A stretch of DNA of 64,000 nt, from NCBI GenBank assembly GCA_951406725.2, contig OX597821.1, forward strand, positions 77,562,001 to 77,626,000, written 5' to 3'. Below are positions 1 through 12,243 of this stretch, one piece after another. Numbering within the stretch: the stretch's first letter is position 1; the number at the start of each line of letters is the position of its first letter. A model generated the notes under the pieces. The model made no database searches and was not told the DNA's origin. It saw only the letters and a list, made by a program, of their open reading frames with translations. This DNA comes from Octopus vulgaris. Lineage: Eukaryota. Both the position numbers and the translations under genes were made by a program.

Positions 1-544
1 GCCTGGTGCAGCTCCCTGGCTTGCCAGCTCTGGTCAAACTATCCAAACCATGCCAGTGTGGAAAACAGATGTTAAAGGACAATGATAACATATATATATA
101 CACACACACACACACATGAGGGCTTCTTTCAGTTTCCATCTACCAAATCCACTCACAAAGCTTTAGTCAGCCCAAAGCTATAGCAGAAGACACTTGCCCA
201 AGATGCCATGCAATAGTACTGAACCTGGGACCATGTGGTTGGGAAGCAAGCTATTCTAATTAATTTCAGAAACTGTCATAATCTGATCCAAAGGTCTGCT
301 ATTTTGATAATTATGTCCCATTTGCCTAATTAGCAGCTGATAATGATGCTGCTGTTCCAGGTATGATACCTTTCTGAATCCCTTGATTGAATATCCAGGT
401 GACTAGCCCATAACCTACATTGCTAATGTTTGAAACCTCTCAGTAGCAATTCCAAATGGTGCAAGAGCCTGCTCTGTCTTAAGATTTTTAACTGGCCTCT
501 CTAAACATGTACGTATGCATATATGTGTAGGCCCACACACATAC

Positions 545-592
<48 letters not shown>

Positions 593-597
593 CTCCC

Positions 598-1335
598 TAG
601 CTGTGGAAGGAACCTGTGGAAGAGGTAGACCCAGGAAGACATGGGATGAGGTGGTGAAGCATGACCTTCGAGCATTGGGCCTCACAGAGGCAAAGACAGG
701 AGACCGAGACCTTTAGAGATAGGCTATAATTGAGAAGACTCAGCAACTAAAGTGAGATTTCAGCCACACATGTCTGGCCCAGTTAAGAGTACTCCTGATG
801 TGTTATACCATATGATATGCTTGAGAAGACCTACTGAGTAAAACCAATATCATAGCTGTGACCAGTGGCCCCTGACTGGTTCCCATGCTGGTGGCACGTA
901 AAATGCACCTCCCGAACATGATTGATGCCAGGTCTGCCTGACTGGCTCCCATGCTGGTGGCACCTAAAGCACCATCCAAACGTGACCGATGCCAGTTGCC
1001 CCTGACTGGCTCTCGTGCCGGTGGCACATGAAAAGCACCAACCAAACATGGATAATGCCAGTACCTCCTGACTGGCCCCTGTGCCAGTGGCATGTAAAAA
1101 GCACTATCCGAATGTGACCAATGCCAGGACTGCCTGACTGGATCCTGTACCAGTGGCACGTAAAAAGCATCCACTATACTCTCGGAGTGGTTGGTATTAG
1201 GAAGGGCATTCAGCTGCAGAAATATTGCCAGATGAGATTGGAGCCTGGTGCAGCCACTGGCGCTGCAAACCTCAGTCAAACTGTCTAACCCATGCCAGCA
1301 TGGAAAACACGTGAAACCATGATGATGATGATGAT
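598..1335 (+). mobile_element. RTE LINE 3' end with tandem array and (GAT)n tail
   Basis: Same architecture as 10425-11210: GRGRPRKTW-coding DNA, about 5 array units, GAT tail. Confidence 0.8.
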
Positions 1336-2039
1336 ATATACAAAAGTTTAAAGACTTATAAAACAAAAAGATTAAATGAACAGGCTTTAATCACAAATCA
1401 CAACAATTGTTTCTGTGTATTGGTAAAGCTGTTAGTTGCTGAGTTTTCCATACCCATACTATTACATCATCATCATCATCATCATCGTTTAACGTCCGTT
1501 TTCCATGCTGGCATGGGTTGGACTGAGGTCTGGAGAAGCAGCAGTAGCACCAGGCTCCAATCTGATCTGGCAATGTTTCTACAGCTGGATGCCCTTCCTA
1601 ACACTAACCACTCCGAGAGTGCAGTGGGTTACTTTTTACATGCCACAAGCACAGGAGCCAGTCAGGCGGACCTAGCATCGACCACGTTTGGATGGTGATT
1701 TTTACATGCCACCAGCACACAAGCCAGTGTGGGGGCACTGGCATCAGCCACATTCAGGTGATGCTTTTTACATGCCACCGGTATGGGAACCAGTCAGGCA
1801 AGCCAGGCATCGACCACATTCAAATGGTGCTTTTTACATTCCACTAGCACGGGAGTCAGCAAGAACTCTGGTCCCAGCTACGATTTTGGTTTTACTTGAC
1901 TCAACAGCTCTTCTCAAGCATGTCATATTGCCCAACACATCAGGGTATTCTTAACAGGGCCAGACATGCATGGCAGCGATGCCAGTACCCCCTGAAATAT
2001 TATAAAATAATTACAAATAAACATGATCCAGCATATATG

Positions 2040-2080
2040 TAGAGGTATGTGTGTGTGTGCATGCATATACTTATACAAAC

Positions 2081-2144
<64 letters not shown>

Positions 2145-2423
2145 TTCACACACACTCACACACATACTTACAGGCAGAGACAAAAGGTGACAGAGAGATA
2201 GACAGAAAGAGAGATAAATAATGTAATGAGAATAAAAAAGAACTTGGTAAATTAACTTAGAAACATTTCCACATAAATCATAATAAATGGACAATAAATA
2301 TCTACACTTATGAAGCATGTCTAAGGATGTTTTGAGTTGTCCATTCATACATACATACATATATATATGATATATATATACATACACACATATATACATA
2401 CACAGACACAAAGACACACACTC

Positions 2424-2460
<37 letters not shown>

Positions 2461-2635
2461 GATACATACATACACAGACACAAAGACTCACACTCATATA
2501 TATACACACACACACACACACATACTCTTTAACTAGTTTCAGCTTGACAGCTGTGACCATGCTGGGGCACCACCGTTACACACATACACACACACACGCA
2601 CACACACACACACACACTCACATATATATATACAT
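2040..2635. repeat. TA/CA microsatellite-rich block with a local ~80 bp duplication
   Basis: ACATACACAGACACAAAGAC(A/T)CACACTCATATATAT occurs at about 2395 and 2468, among long (TA)n and (CA)n runs. Confidence 0.9.
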
Positions 2636-3163
2636 AAGAAACATCAGTTTTGTTTAGCTGTTGGTGGGGGGAGGGTGAGCAGCAGCAGCAAATTCACAAA
2701 GCAGACAGATCTGTATAAAGTTTCAACCATTCCTGCAATTGGTAGCAGAACCTATTGCAAAACCATCTGTGACCTGCTCAGATGATGAAGGCTGCCAACG
2801 TACAAGACAAGTGTGGGACTAATTAAAGTCAGCGATAGATATGTGTGTGTGTGTGTGCGTATGTGTGTACGTATATATACACACATATATATAATGTGTG
2901 CATATATATTAGTCGGAGTTTTAACAGAGATTTCTTAACATCACAGCTAAATGGCAACTACACATTAGATTATCATTAAAGATAGGTGAGTGTGTGTGTG
3001 TGTGAGAGAATGTGTGTGTGTGTGTGTGCATGTGTACATATATGTAAACATGTGTATATTTGAGTATTTATATCTATACGTAGATTACACACAAACACAC
3101 ACGTATATACATATGTATATTTGTGTGTATCTCTCTCCCTCTCTCTCTCTTTATATATATACA

Positions 3164-3196
<33 letters not shown>

Positions 3197-3989
3197 GCAC
3201 ATAAAAAACACCATTTGAGCATGGCCATTGCCAGTACCGCCTGACTGGCTCTCGTGCCGGTGGCATGTAAAAGCACCCACTCAGGAGGTGGGGATCCTTA
3301 TAGCCATTTGATGTCTAAAAATTTCTATTCTATTTTTATGATTAAATATTATTAGGAATTGTATAACAAAAATGATATTATATTTTGTACACTGTGGAAA
3401 TATAACTAGTTTATTGCACATAAATTTTAACAACAAAATCTTAAATGGTCCCTAATTGAGAAACATTGATGTGGGCAAAAAAAACTTTAATTTGCATTAA
3501 GAATAAAGTATATAATCTGACTGAGAACAGCTGGGGTTATTCATAGCTTTACAAATCTAAACAACTACCAGACCATTTAAGTGTTATTGGTTTTCTTTTT
3601 AGAGTCTCCAAAGCTTGGAAGTCACAGCTAGAAAAAGATGATCCATGTTTGATAAACAAGTGTCACTAAAACAGACACCATTGACCAGTGATGTTGTTGT
3701 TATTATTCTTTGACAGATTGTAATATGACTGTTGAATTAATTAGGCCAAATAGAAGTCATTGCCCTCGTTTAACTATTTTAGTCTTGCATGAAACATTTC
3801 TGTCCGAGTGAAAAAAAAAAAAGAAGGGCACTCATCGGTTTCATTTGGAGTGTCATTGATTAACACACTATCACTCATCTGTCAAAACAGAGAATACTTC
3901 GCCAGATTTGATATTGCTTTGAAGATGATTCCGTCTAAAGCTCTTCCCTCTTGTGTCTTTCATATCTCAATTTCTTGTTTAACAGTTAG

Positions 3990-4242
3990 GAAAATGAAAT
4001 AATAGTACTGGGCCCAATAAGCGTTGGCACCTTGGGCACAGTGAGGAAAGAAATCAAAAATTGGTGGGGAAAGATGAGCATAAAAATTGGAATAGAGTAA
4101 GTCCAGAAAACAACATTATTTGGCAGTGCAAGGAGTTTCCACAAAGTCCTCGAGACTTGAAAAGAACACACCACCTTAGTCAACGAGAAGGGAACACCCA
4201 ACATGATGAACACATTAGATATTATTATTATTATTATTATTA

Positions 4243-4243
<1 letters not shown>
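3990..4243 (+). mobile_element. R4/Dong-like (RLE) retrotransposon 3' fragment
   Basis: PISVGTLGTV...VQKTTLFGSARSFHKVL* resembles RLE-element C-termini. Ends in (TAT)n. Confidence 0.55.
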
Positions 4244-4273
<30 letters not shown>

Positions 4274-4390
4274 AAGAAGAAGAAGAAGAAGAAGAAGAAG
4301 AAGAAGAAGAAGAAGAAGAAGAAGAAGAAGAAGAAGAAGAAGAAGAAGAAGAAGAAGAAGAAGACGACGACGACGACGACGACGACGACA
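4244..4390. repeat. (AAG)~40 microsatellite, followed by (GAC)n and preceded by (TAT)n
   Basis: Read directly from the sequence; explains the poly-K/R/L/S ORFs. Confidence 0.98.
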
Positions 4391-4392
4391 AC

Positions 4393-4600
4393 GACTCATC
4401 CACTATAACTTCTTAAACCCCGGAAAAACCATTACTGAAGAAACATAGTGCCATGAAATTGTCAAAATGAACGAAAAACTGGTACTCCTCCGTCCCAGAC
4501 TGGTCAACAGAAGAGGGCCAATCTTTCTTCATGACAATGCTTGACCACACGTTTCACTAATGACGCTCCAAAAGTTGATGGAACTTGGCTATGAGTTCCT
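4393..4600 (+). mobile_element. mariner transposase fragment
   Basis: LIHYNFLNPGKTIT...RPRLVNRRGPIFLHDNA*PHVS..TLQKLMELGYE. Confidence 0.8.
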
Positions 4601-6699
4601 TTCAAGTGTTGGGCCTCACAGAGGTAATGACCAAAACCTTTGGCATTACGTTGTGCTTGAGAAGACCCATCAAGTCAAGCAAAATCGCAGTCGCGGCAGA
4701 TACTGGTGTCATGCAAATGGCACCCATGCTGGTGGCACCCATTACACTCACGGAGTGGTTGACATTAGGAAAGGCCTTAGAAAACCATGCCAAATCAGAC
4801 TGGAATCTGGTGCAGCCTTCCAGCTTGCCAGCCCTGGTCAAACTGTCCAACCCATGCTAGCATGGAGAATGGATGTTAAATGATGATGATGATGATGACA
4901 ACGACAATCAACAGAGTTTTTCAGCATATTACTGGTTATTTATTTTACAGATGGATGTATGGTAATAGCAAGCTGAATGTGACTTCATTGTGAAAATGAG
5001 AGATGAAATGAAATAGATTTGTCTTTCTACTTCCTGAGACAGCTTCATAATATCAACAGGAACTGAAGACAATAACAACTAACATTGGTGGGGTGCTGTG
5101 ATTGGCTGAAATGAACCCATGTACCTTATTAATATTAATGTCACAGACCCCCAACAGTAAAGAACTGTCCGCAAGTCGTAGCACTCAGAGGGCCAGTTAC
5201 CCAGTTCTCACAGCATAACAAATGACTGAGATCACAACATTCTCCCCTGGATGGGACACCAGTCACTCACAGGGTTACTCGCTTACAGCTGAATGGACTG
5301 GCGTAATGTGAAATGAAGTGTGTTGCTCAAGAAAAACAACACACTGCCTGGTCTGGAAATTGAAACCATGATCTTGTGGTTGTGAGCACAATGCCCTAAC
5401 CAGCAGACCATGTGTCTTCCCCATGAACCAAAGTCAAAAGTTAAACCCAAGTGGAATTTAAACTGATGATGTAGAGCAATGAAACCCAATACTTTAAGAC
5501 ATTTAGCCCAGAGTTCTACCATTTCTGCCAAGTCAATAAATGAAATTATTTCAAGGAAATAACAAATAACTCCTCTCACACACACACACAAATTGGAATG
5601 TTCTTTGACCATATTCCACTTTGAAATAACTGCAACAAAAGAGTATTTGTAAACACTAAAAATAGTAATAACAGAGAATGATTTAGTTGCAGGAAGATGC
5701 AATAATACGAGAAACTGTTGATAAAACAAGTTCTTGGGTTTCCAAACTTGCAGCGTGTAGAAAGTGTTTGGCGCTATGGATAAAGTTGACAATACCAGCA
5801 GCCAAGTATTCAATAAGAGGGCATCTGTCAGACAGTAACACCATGACAGTGTAAGAAGAGATGAAACTTCGTTCAAACTAGAATAAACATCTCTTGCTCT
5901 TTATAGCCCACAAAGTAGACAAACAGAGTAATTGATAGTTTATAAATGCCCTTAATAGCCGGGAGAATATTGGTTATCACTTGCACAAAAGATCTGTGTT
6001 TACATAAAGAAATAGAAATTAAAAACAAAAGGAAAAAAAAGGAAAAAGAAAACAGCTTAGCTGAAAATATGAAAACATTCTTTACCACATGTAAAGAATG
6101 TGAAAAACCAACCTAAATATAGCAATATTTTATTAAAAAAAAAAGCAAAATGAGCTAAAATCTATATACTTTAATATATTTCCAGACACTAAGCTTTCTT
6201 GTTTTTTTCTTAAAACCGTTTGGAATTCATAACATGCAACAGCTGAGCATTCCTTAGGAATAATTATCTGCTATAAACCACAAATCATTTCTGTGAATGA
6301 AGCAGGCTCTTGGAAAGGTAGCAGACAGCATGGTGATGAAATGACTGGCACTCCATCGGTTATGACGACAAAAGTTCCAGTTGATCCAGTCAACGGAACA
6401 GCCTGCTCGGGAAATTAACATGCAAGTGGTTGAGCACTCCACAGACACGTGTACCCTGTAGTTCTCAGGGAGATTCAGCATTACACTGAACGTGAATTAC
6501 AACAGGTACAACTCATTTTTGCCAGCTGTGTGGACTAGAACAACATGAAATGAAGTGTCTTGCTCAAGAACACAACACGCCACTGGGAACTGAACTCCTG
6601 ACTTTCTAATTGTGAGACAAACACCCTAACCACTGAACCATGCCCTTCATTCATAAACGAAGTATTTCTAATTACTCAACAGAAGTTGTTAGCCAAGAC

Positions 6700-7468
6700 C
6701 AGGGGTCACCAAACGTTTTTCACAGTGGGCCATATAACTGAGGGAATGAGAAGCACCAGGTTGCATAAACATTTTGCTCAATACAATACAATCAATACAC
6801 AAAAAAATAAAGACAACCAACATATCTATTTACCAAAAGGTTGTCTAAGAAGGTGACATTAGCAATAAGATAGTTATATCAGAATCGAAATCAATCAATG
6901 GAAATCGATCAATGGAAATTGCAGATGTGTTACCAGTGCCGGTGGCATGTAAGAGAACCTTCCGTTTCGTGACCGTTGCCAGCACCGCCCCGTTTCGTGT
7001 CCGTTGCCAGCCTCGCCTGGCCCTCGTGCCAGTGGCACATAAAAAGCACCATCCGTTCGTGGCCGTTTGCCAGCTCTGTCTGGCACCTGTGCCGGTGGCA
7101 TGTAAAAAGCACCCACTACACTCACGGAGTGGTTGGCGTTAGGAAGGGCATCCAGCTGTAGAAACACTGCCAGATTTGACTGGGCCTGATGAAGCCTTCT
7201 GGCTCCACAGACCCCAGTAGAACCGTCCAACCCATGCTAGCATGGAAAACGGACGCTAAACGATGATAATGATGATGATGATATCACACCCAGTGTGCAC
7301 ATATCCAAATCTCACAAACTAAGCAACAAAAAGGGGTTAGTGAGATTCATGAAACTGGTGTATAGCTTTTGAAGATCTCATCAATATTTGCTTTGGAACT
7401 GCTGCATCCAACCAAGAGAAACGCTTTCAAATGTTCATTAGTCAACCTTGTTCAATGTGTTGACTTCA
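6700..7468 (-). mobile_element. hAT (Buster/SPIN-like) 3' end, interrupted by an RTE-type module at 6890-7283
   Basis: TIR-like CAGGGGTCACCAAAC...GGGCCA at 6700. The minus strand encodes RLTNEHLKAFLLVGCSSSKANIDEI and QFHESH*. Confidence 0.55.
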
Positions 7469-7667
7469 CCGCCTGATTGGCCTTCGTGCTGGTGGCACGT
7501 AAAAAGCACCCACTATACTCTCAGAGTGGTTGGTGTTAGGAAGGGCATCCGGCTGTAGAAACATTGCCAGATCGGATTGGAGCCTGGTACAGCCTCCTGG
7601 CTTGCCAGCCATCAGTCAAACCGTCCAACCCATGCCAGCATGGAATGTGGACGCTAAACAACGATAA

Positions 7668-9260
7668 TTAGTTAGTTAGTTAGTTAATTTGGCTCAAAAG
7701 CAAATAGCAAGGCCATGTAGGGGGACATGGAGTTAAGTACAGGGTGGTGTTCATGTAAAGAGTTCAGGCGACTTGAGGTCCAGGGAGGCTTTGAATGAAG
7801 CGGTCGTCGGCATCTTCACCATCTCGTCTGGCAGCTTGTTCCGGACAGAGAAAGCTCCTCTCCTTCGATTGAGATGAAATCTTCGCAGGTAGAGCTTTTC
7901 GGAATGACCCCGCAGCCGACGCTCTGGAGCAGGGGTGAAAAACAGCTCTTTCGAGAGGTTACACTTTCCGCTTATGATGTTGTGGGCGAGAATGAGATCA
8001 CCACGGCGGCGGCGTTTTTCAAGAGAATAAAGGTCAAGCGTCCTCAGCCTTTCTTCGTAGGACAAATTTTTGAGACCATGAACCATGCGGGTAGCCAGCT
8101 TCTGGACTCTTTCGAGATGCTGTATGTCTTTGAGGAGATAAGGAGAAGAGGCTTGAATCCCATACTCCAGTATGGGTCTCACCAGCGTGACATAGAGTGG
8201 TAGGAATATGGCTGCTGTGAGCATTCCGAATGACCGTCGAATCAAGAACAGAATTCCGCGTGCTTTGTTGGCAGCATGGACGCACTGGGCCGAAGGCGAA
8301 AAGGAGGAATCCACCAAGATACCCAGGTCCTTTACCTGATCGGTCCTCTCCAGCAGCAGACGACCCAGCTCGAAATCAAGTTGAGTTGCAGGAGTAGAGC
8401 CGACAGGCAGATGACAGCACTTTGACACGTTCAAACACAGGTCCCAATCGTTAGACCACTTCCAAATTTGGTGGAGGCATCGACGAAGATCCTCTATATT
8501 ACCGCGAGGAGCGACCAGTTTGATATCGTCGGCAAATAGAAGGGTGTGTTGCGTGAGGTCGTCGGGCAAGTCATTTATGAAGACTAAGAACAAGGGCCCA
8601 AGCACTGAACCTTGAGGCACGCCACTGCTCGCACTGGAGACGTTGGACCGCGAACCATTAACTTGGATTTGGAAGGAGCGATCTGAGAGGAAGGCACCAA
8701 CACATCGTATAATATCCGGATGGAAACTATATGCTTGAAGCTTGACAAGTAATAGGCGGTGGTTTACCGAGTCAAAAGCTTTGGCAAAGTCCAATAAAAC
8801 GATGTCAACAGCATCACTATCATCGAGGATGTGCGTCACCAATTCTTCCATTACTAGTGAGTTGGTCAAGCATGATCTCTTCGGCACGAAGCCGTGTTGG
8901 GAATCAGAGATAGAGGCTGTGTTTAGGAGGTGGAGCATCATACTTTTCTTAAGGATGGTTTCGAACATCTTGCTGATTATTGATGTAAGGGAAACCGGTC
9001 GGTAGTTAAGCGGGTCTTCGCGGCTCCCTTTCTTGAAAATTGGGCAGATTATCGCTGTTCTCCAGTCTGCAGGTATAACACCTGTCGCCAATGACATATT
9101 GAATAGTCGTGTTAAGGGCTCGCAGATGACCGGAGCCAACGCTTTGATAACCCGTGGGTGTATGCCGTCAGGGCCGTGACCCTTGTTGACATCGAGGCCT
9201 TGAATAACACGTTTCACTTCGTCCCGCGTGATGACCAATCGAAGATGAGGAGGATGTTTG
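7668..9260 (-). mobile_element. CR1-type non-LTR retrotransposon, 5'-truncated, young
   Basis: Open ORF2 C-terminal region, short 3'UTR and (TAAC)n tail at 7668-7686. More GC- and CpG-rich than its flanks. Confidence 0.9.
7751..9256 (-). CDS. LINE ORF2 reverse transcriptase (partial, about 500 aa, no stops)
   Basis: Motifs GPDGIHP, NYRPVSLTS, QHGF, LDFAKAFDSV, SGVPQGSVLGP, LFADDIKL, KDLGI, LRGH. The first ~65 aa of the ORF-track protein are flanking sequence. Confidence 0.88.
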   Translation of the reverse strand, partial: HPPHLRLVITRDEVKRVIQGLDVNKGHGPDGIHPRVIKALAPVICEPLTRLFNMSLATGVIPADWRTAIICPIFKKGSREDPLNYRPVSLTSIISKMFETILKKSMMLHLLNTASISDSQHGFVPKRSCLTNSLVMEELVTHILDDSDAVDIVLLDFAKAFDSVNHRLLLVKLQAYSFHPDIIRCVGAFLSDRSFQIQVNGSRSNVSSASSGVPQGSVLGPLFLVFINDLPDDLTQHTLLFADDIKLVAPRGNIEDLRRCLHQIWKWSNDWDLCLNVSKCCHLPVGSTPATQLDFELGRLLLERTDQVKDLGILVDSSFSPSAQCVHAANKARGILFLIRRSFGMLTAAIFLPLYVTLVRPILEYGIQASSPYLLKDIQHLERVQKLATRMVHGLKNLSYEERLRTLDLYSLEKRRRRGDLILAHNIISGKCNLSKELFFTPAPERRLRGHSEKLYLRRFHLNRRRGAFSVRNKLPDEMVKMPTTASFKASLDLKSPELFT

Positions 9261-10424
9261 CTCACAGACATAAGTTGTTGCAAACACTGATGCCATACCA
9301 GAGGCAAATGCAGGTACTTACACAAAAGGTACAGAGCAGCAGCAGGCCGGATGAACTGACCTTGTGGGTCAGAAACAGCTGTAAGACTATATCTTTCTTT
9401 TGTTTTGTCATGCAAAGTACCTGGTAGCCCTGTCAGTGATGCGTCATGCAAAAAGCACCCAGGACACTCTGTACTGTGGTTAGCATTAGGAAGGGCATTC
9501 TGCCTATAGAAACCATGCTAAAACAGACACTGCAGCTTGGTACTGCTCCCGATCTTGCCAGTTCCTTTCAAACTGTCCAACTCATACCAGCAGGGAAAAC
9601 TTGACATTAAATGATAATACAGATGATGGTGATGATGATGATGATGATGATAATGGGGGAGGGGTACATTGTTACACTGGAATATCTGTAACTAATAACG
9701 CCTTGGTCCCCCAAATATTATAAATGAATAAAATAAAGAAAAAGTACAGATGTATGTTTTTTTGGGGGGTGTTTATTCCATTTACGGCACTTCACCTTCT
9801 ACCATTCACTACCTCCAAAGAACCAAAGGCAAAAGTTAGCAAACCACTCACCATCACATGACCACCACCTCCAAACAAAGCAGGGCAAAAATGAAATAGT
9901 GTTAAAACCTTCCAGCATCTGGCTGCCAACTCTATCGTTTCTGTGTCGACTCACTTCACTTCCCCCGAGCCATCTCTCCAATATTGTAAACATCATCATT
10001 TAGATCCATACGTAATTATAAACAGTGAAATACTAACACAATATTTATGCAGAAACAGTTTATATTTAGGAGTCAGTGACATGGAGGACCAGGTCAACGT
10101 TCCATAAAACAATTTTCAAGTCTGGTTTGCAGGTTTTTCTTAGTTTTTTTCTCTTTTTTTTTCCAGTATTTTTATTATCTTTACAGTTTACTTGCTTCAG
10201 TCACTGGACTGTGGCCATGCTGGGGCACTGCTCCAAGGGTTTAGTCAAACAAATCGACACCCCTGCCTGCCCCGCCCATATTCATATTTTTAAAATCTGG
10301 TACTTTATCGGTCTCTTTTGCCAAAGAGCTAAGTTATGGTGAGGTAAACAAACCAACACCAATTGTCAAAGGGTGGCATTAAACAATCACGAAGACATGT
10401 ATGCATTATATATTATTTCTTTAG

Positions 10425-11210
10425 TTGTGTGCGAAAGTGCCACACCCTGGCAGTTGAGGGGACCTGTGGAAGAGGTAGACCCAGGAAAACCTGGGTCGAG
10501 GTGGTGAAGCACGACCTTCAAACTTTAGGTCTCACCAAGGAAATGACCAGTGACCGAGACCTTTGGAAGTATGCTGTGCGTGAGAAAACCCGGCAAGACC
10601 AGTGAGAACAGTCAAAATCAAAATCAAACCAAATTGAGGTTGATCAACATCAGGGCCCCCGTGCAGGTGACACGTAAAAGCACCATCCGTTCGTGGCCAT
10701 TTGCCAGCCCTGTCTGGCCCCCGTGTCGGTGTCATGTAAAAGCACCATCCGTTCGTGTTTGTTGCCAGCCTGGCCTGGCCCCCGTGCCGGTGACACGTAA
10801 AAGCACCATCCGTTCGTGGCCATTTGCCAGCTCGGTCTGGCCCCCGTGCCGGTGACACGTAAAAGCACCATCCGTTTGTGTCCGTTGCCAGCCTCGCCTG
10901 GCCCCCATGCCGGTGACACGTAAAAGCACCATCCGTTTCGTGTCCGTTGCCAGCCTTGCCTGGCCCCCGTGTTGGTGGCACGTAAAAGCACCATCCGTTC
11001 GTGGCCGTTTGCCAGCTCTGTCTGGCACCTGTGCGGGTGGCACGTAAAAAGCACCCACTACACTCACGGAGTGGTTGGCGTTAGGAAGGGCATCCAGCCG
11101 TAGAAACACTGCCAGATCTGACTGGACCTGATGAAGCCTTCCAGCTTCACAGACCCCAGTTGAACCGTCCAACCCATGCTAGCATGGAGAACGGACGCTA
11201 AATGATGATG
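10425..11210 (+). mobile_element. RTE LINE 3' end with 61-63 bp tandem array and (GAT)n tail
   Basis: ORF end VEGTCGRGRPRKTW...DRDLWKYAVREKTRQDQ*, then array at 10655-11057, the conserved AGGAAGGGCATCCAG block and a GAT tail. Confidence 0.85.
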
Positions 11211-12146
11211 ATTATTGGCCACAAGGGGCTAAACATGGAGGGGATAAACAAGGACAGACAAACGGATTAAGTCAATTACATCGACTCCGGTACGTAACTG
11301 GTACTTATTTAATCGACCCTGAAAGGATGAAAGGCAAAGTTGACCACGGCAGAATTTGAACTCAGAATGTAACGGCAAAAGAAATACCACTAAGCTTTTC
11401 ACCCGGCATGCTAACAATTCTGCCAGCTCGCCGCCCTCATATATATATATATACACACACATATATATTATCATCATTTAATGTCTGTTTTCCATGCTGG
11501 CAGGAGCTGGACGGTTTGACAGGATCTAGAAAGTCAGAAGATTGCTGGCAAGCTTCACTGTCATCTCTTTCATGGTTTCTACAACTGGCTGCCCTTCCTA
11601 AAGCCAATCACTTTACAGATAAAAAAACACACACAGACAGAGGCTTCTTTCAGTTTCCATCTACCCAATCCACTCACAAAGCTTTGTTCAGCTTAAGGCT
11701 ATAGTAAAAGACACTTGCTCAAGGTGCCACACAGTGGGACTGAACCCAGAGCCATGTGAATGAGGAGCAAACTTCTTACCACACAGCCACCCAGGACAAA
11801 GAGCAACTGACCTCTGGTAGGACCAAAATGATATTTTTTTCTATAATTATTTTTACATAATGCTGGTTACCCAGTGCCCATAGTATTTAAGTGACCAAGA
11901 TCACAAGACAATGGGAGGCTGGTCCATTGCAGGATTCATAGCTGGAAACTTTAAGGGAAGGGGACATACCAATTATACCAGCCCCAGTATTTGATCATTA
12001 TTATCATCGTCATTGTTTAACGTCTGCTTTCTGTTTATAGCGAGGAATTTTCTCTCGGACAAAATGCAGTGAATGATAATGTAAATAGTGTACATAATTC
12101 CTCATCTCTTAAATATAGAACTGTACAAAATATATTATTTACTAAC

Positions 12147-12243
12147 CTCAAACTCTCTAGGTTCAAACATGTTTTGTAGAATGACAGTTTTTTCGCGTTT
12201 GAATCTCATACCACGCAGTGGTTCTGGGCGCCAGTCAAACAAC
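12147..12243 (-). CDS. HTATSF1: HTATSF1 coding exon 5 (start of UHM domain); later exons not found in window
   Basis: ttctag|(K)LFDWRPEPLRGMRFKREKTVILQNMFEPREFE|gttagt. 97 nt, phase 2 to 0. Matches LDWRP...VIIKNMF. Too short for the ORF track. Confidence 0.93.

Noticed and set aside
803-1366. Repetitive ORFs such as MLFTCH../WCFLRAT.. and poly-YI/HT/K/S ORFs throughout
   Set aside because: Translations of tandem arrays, SINEs and microsatellites; no splice or homology support.
9257-9451. N-terminal ~65 aa of the 566-aa ORF as a real start
   Set aside because: Chance open frame through flanking and repeat sequence beyond the LINE truncation point; no endonuclease domain.
10655-11057. CRISPR-like repeat/spacer appearance of the GGTGGCACGTAAAAGCACC arrays (also at 26.5 and 53.1 kb)
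   Set aside because: The spacers are homologous to one another, the arrays sit in retroelement 3' ends, there are no cas genes and the DNA is eukaryotic.
1-12146. Remaining HTATSF1 UHM exons (expected motifs like ECxKFG, HPDGV, GRWFGGR)
   Set aside because: Not found by eye in the unique segments; probably outside the window, though a short exon could have been missed.
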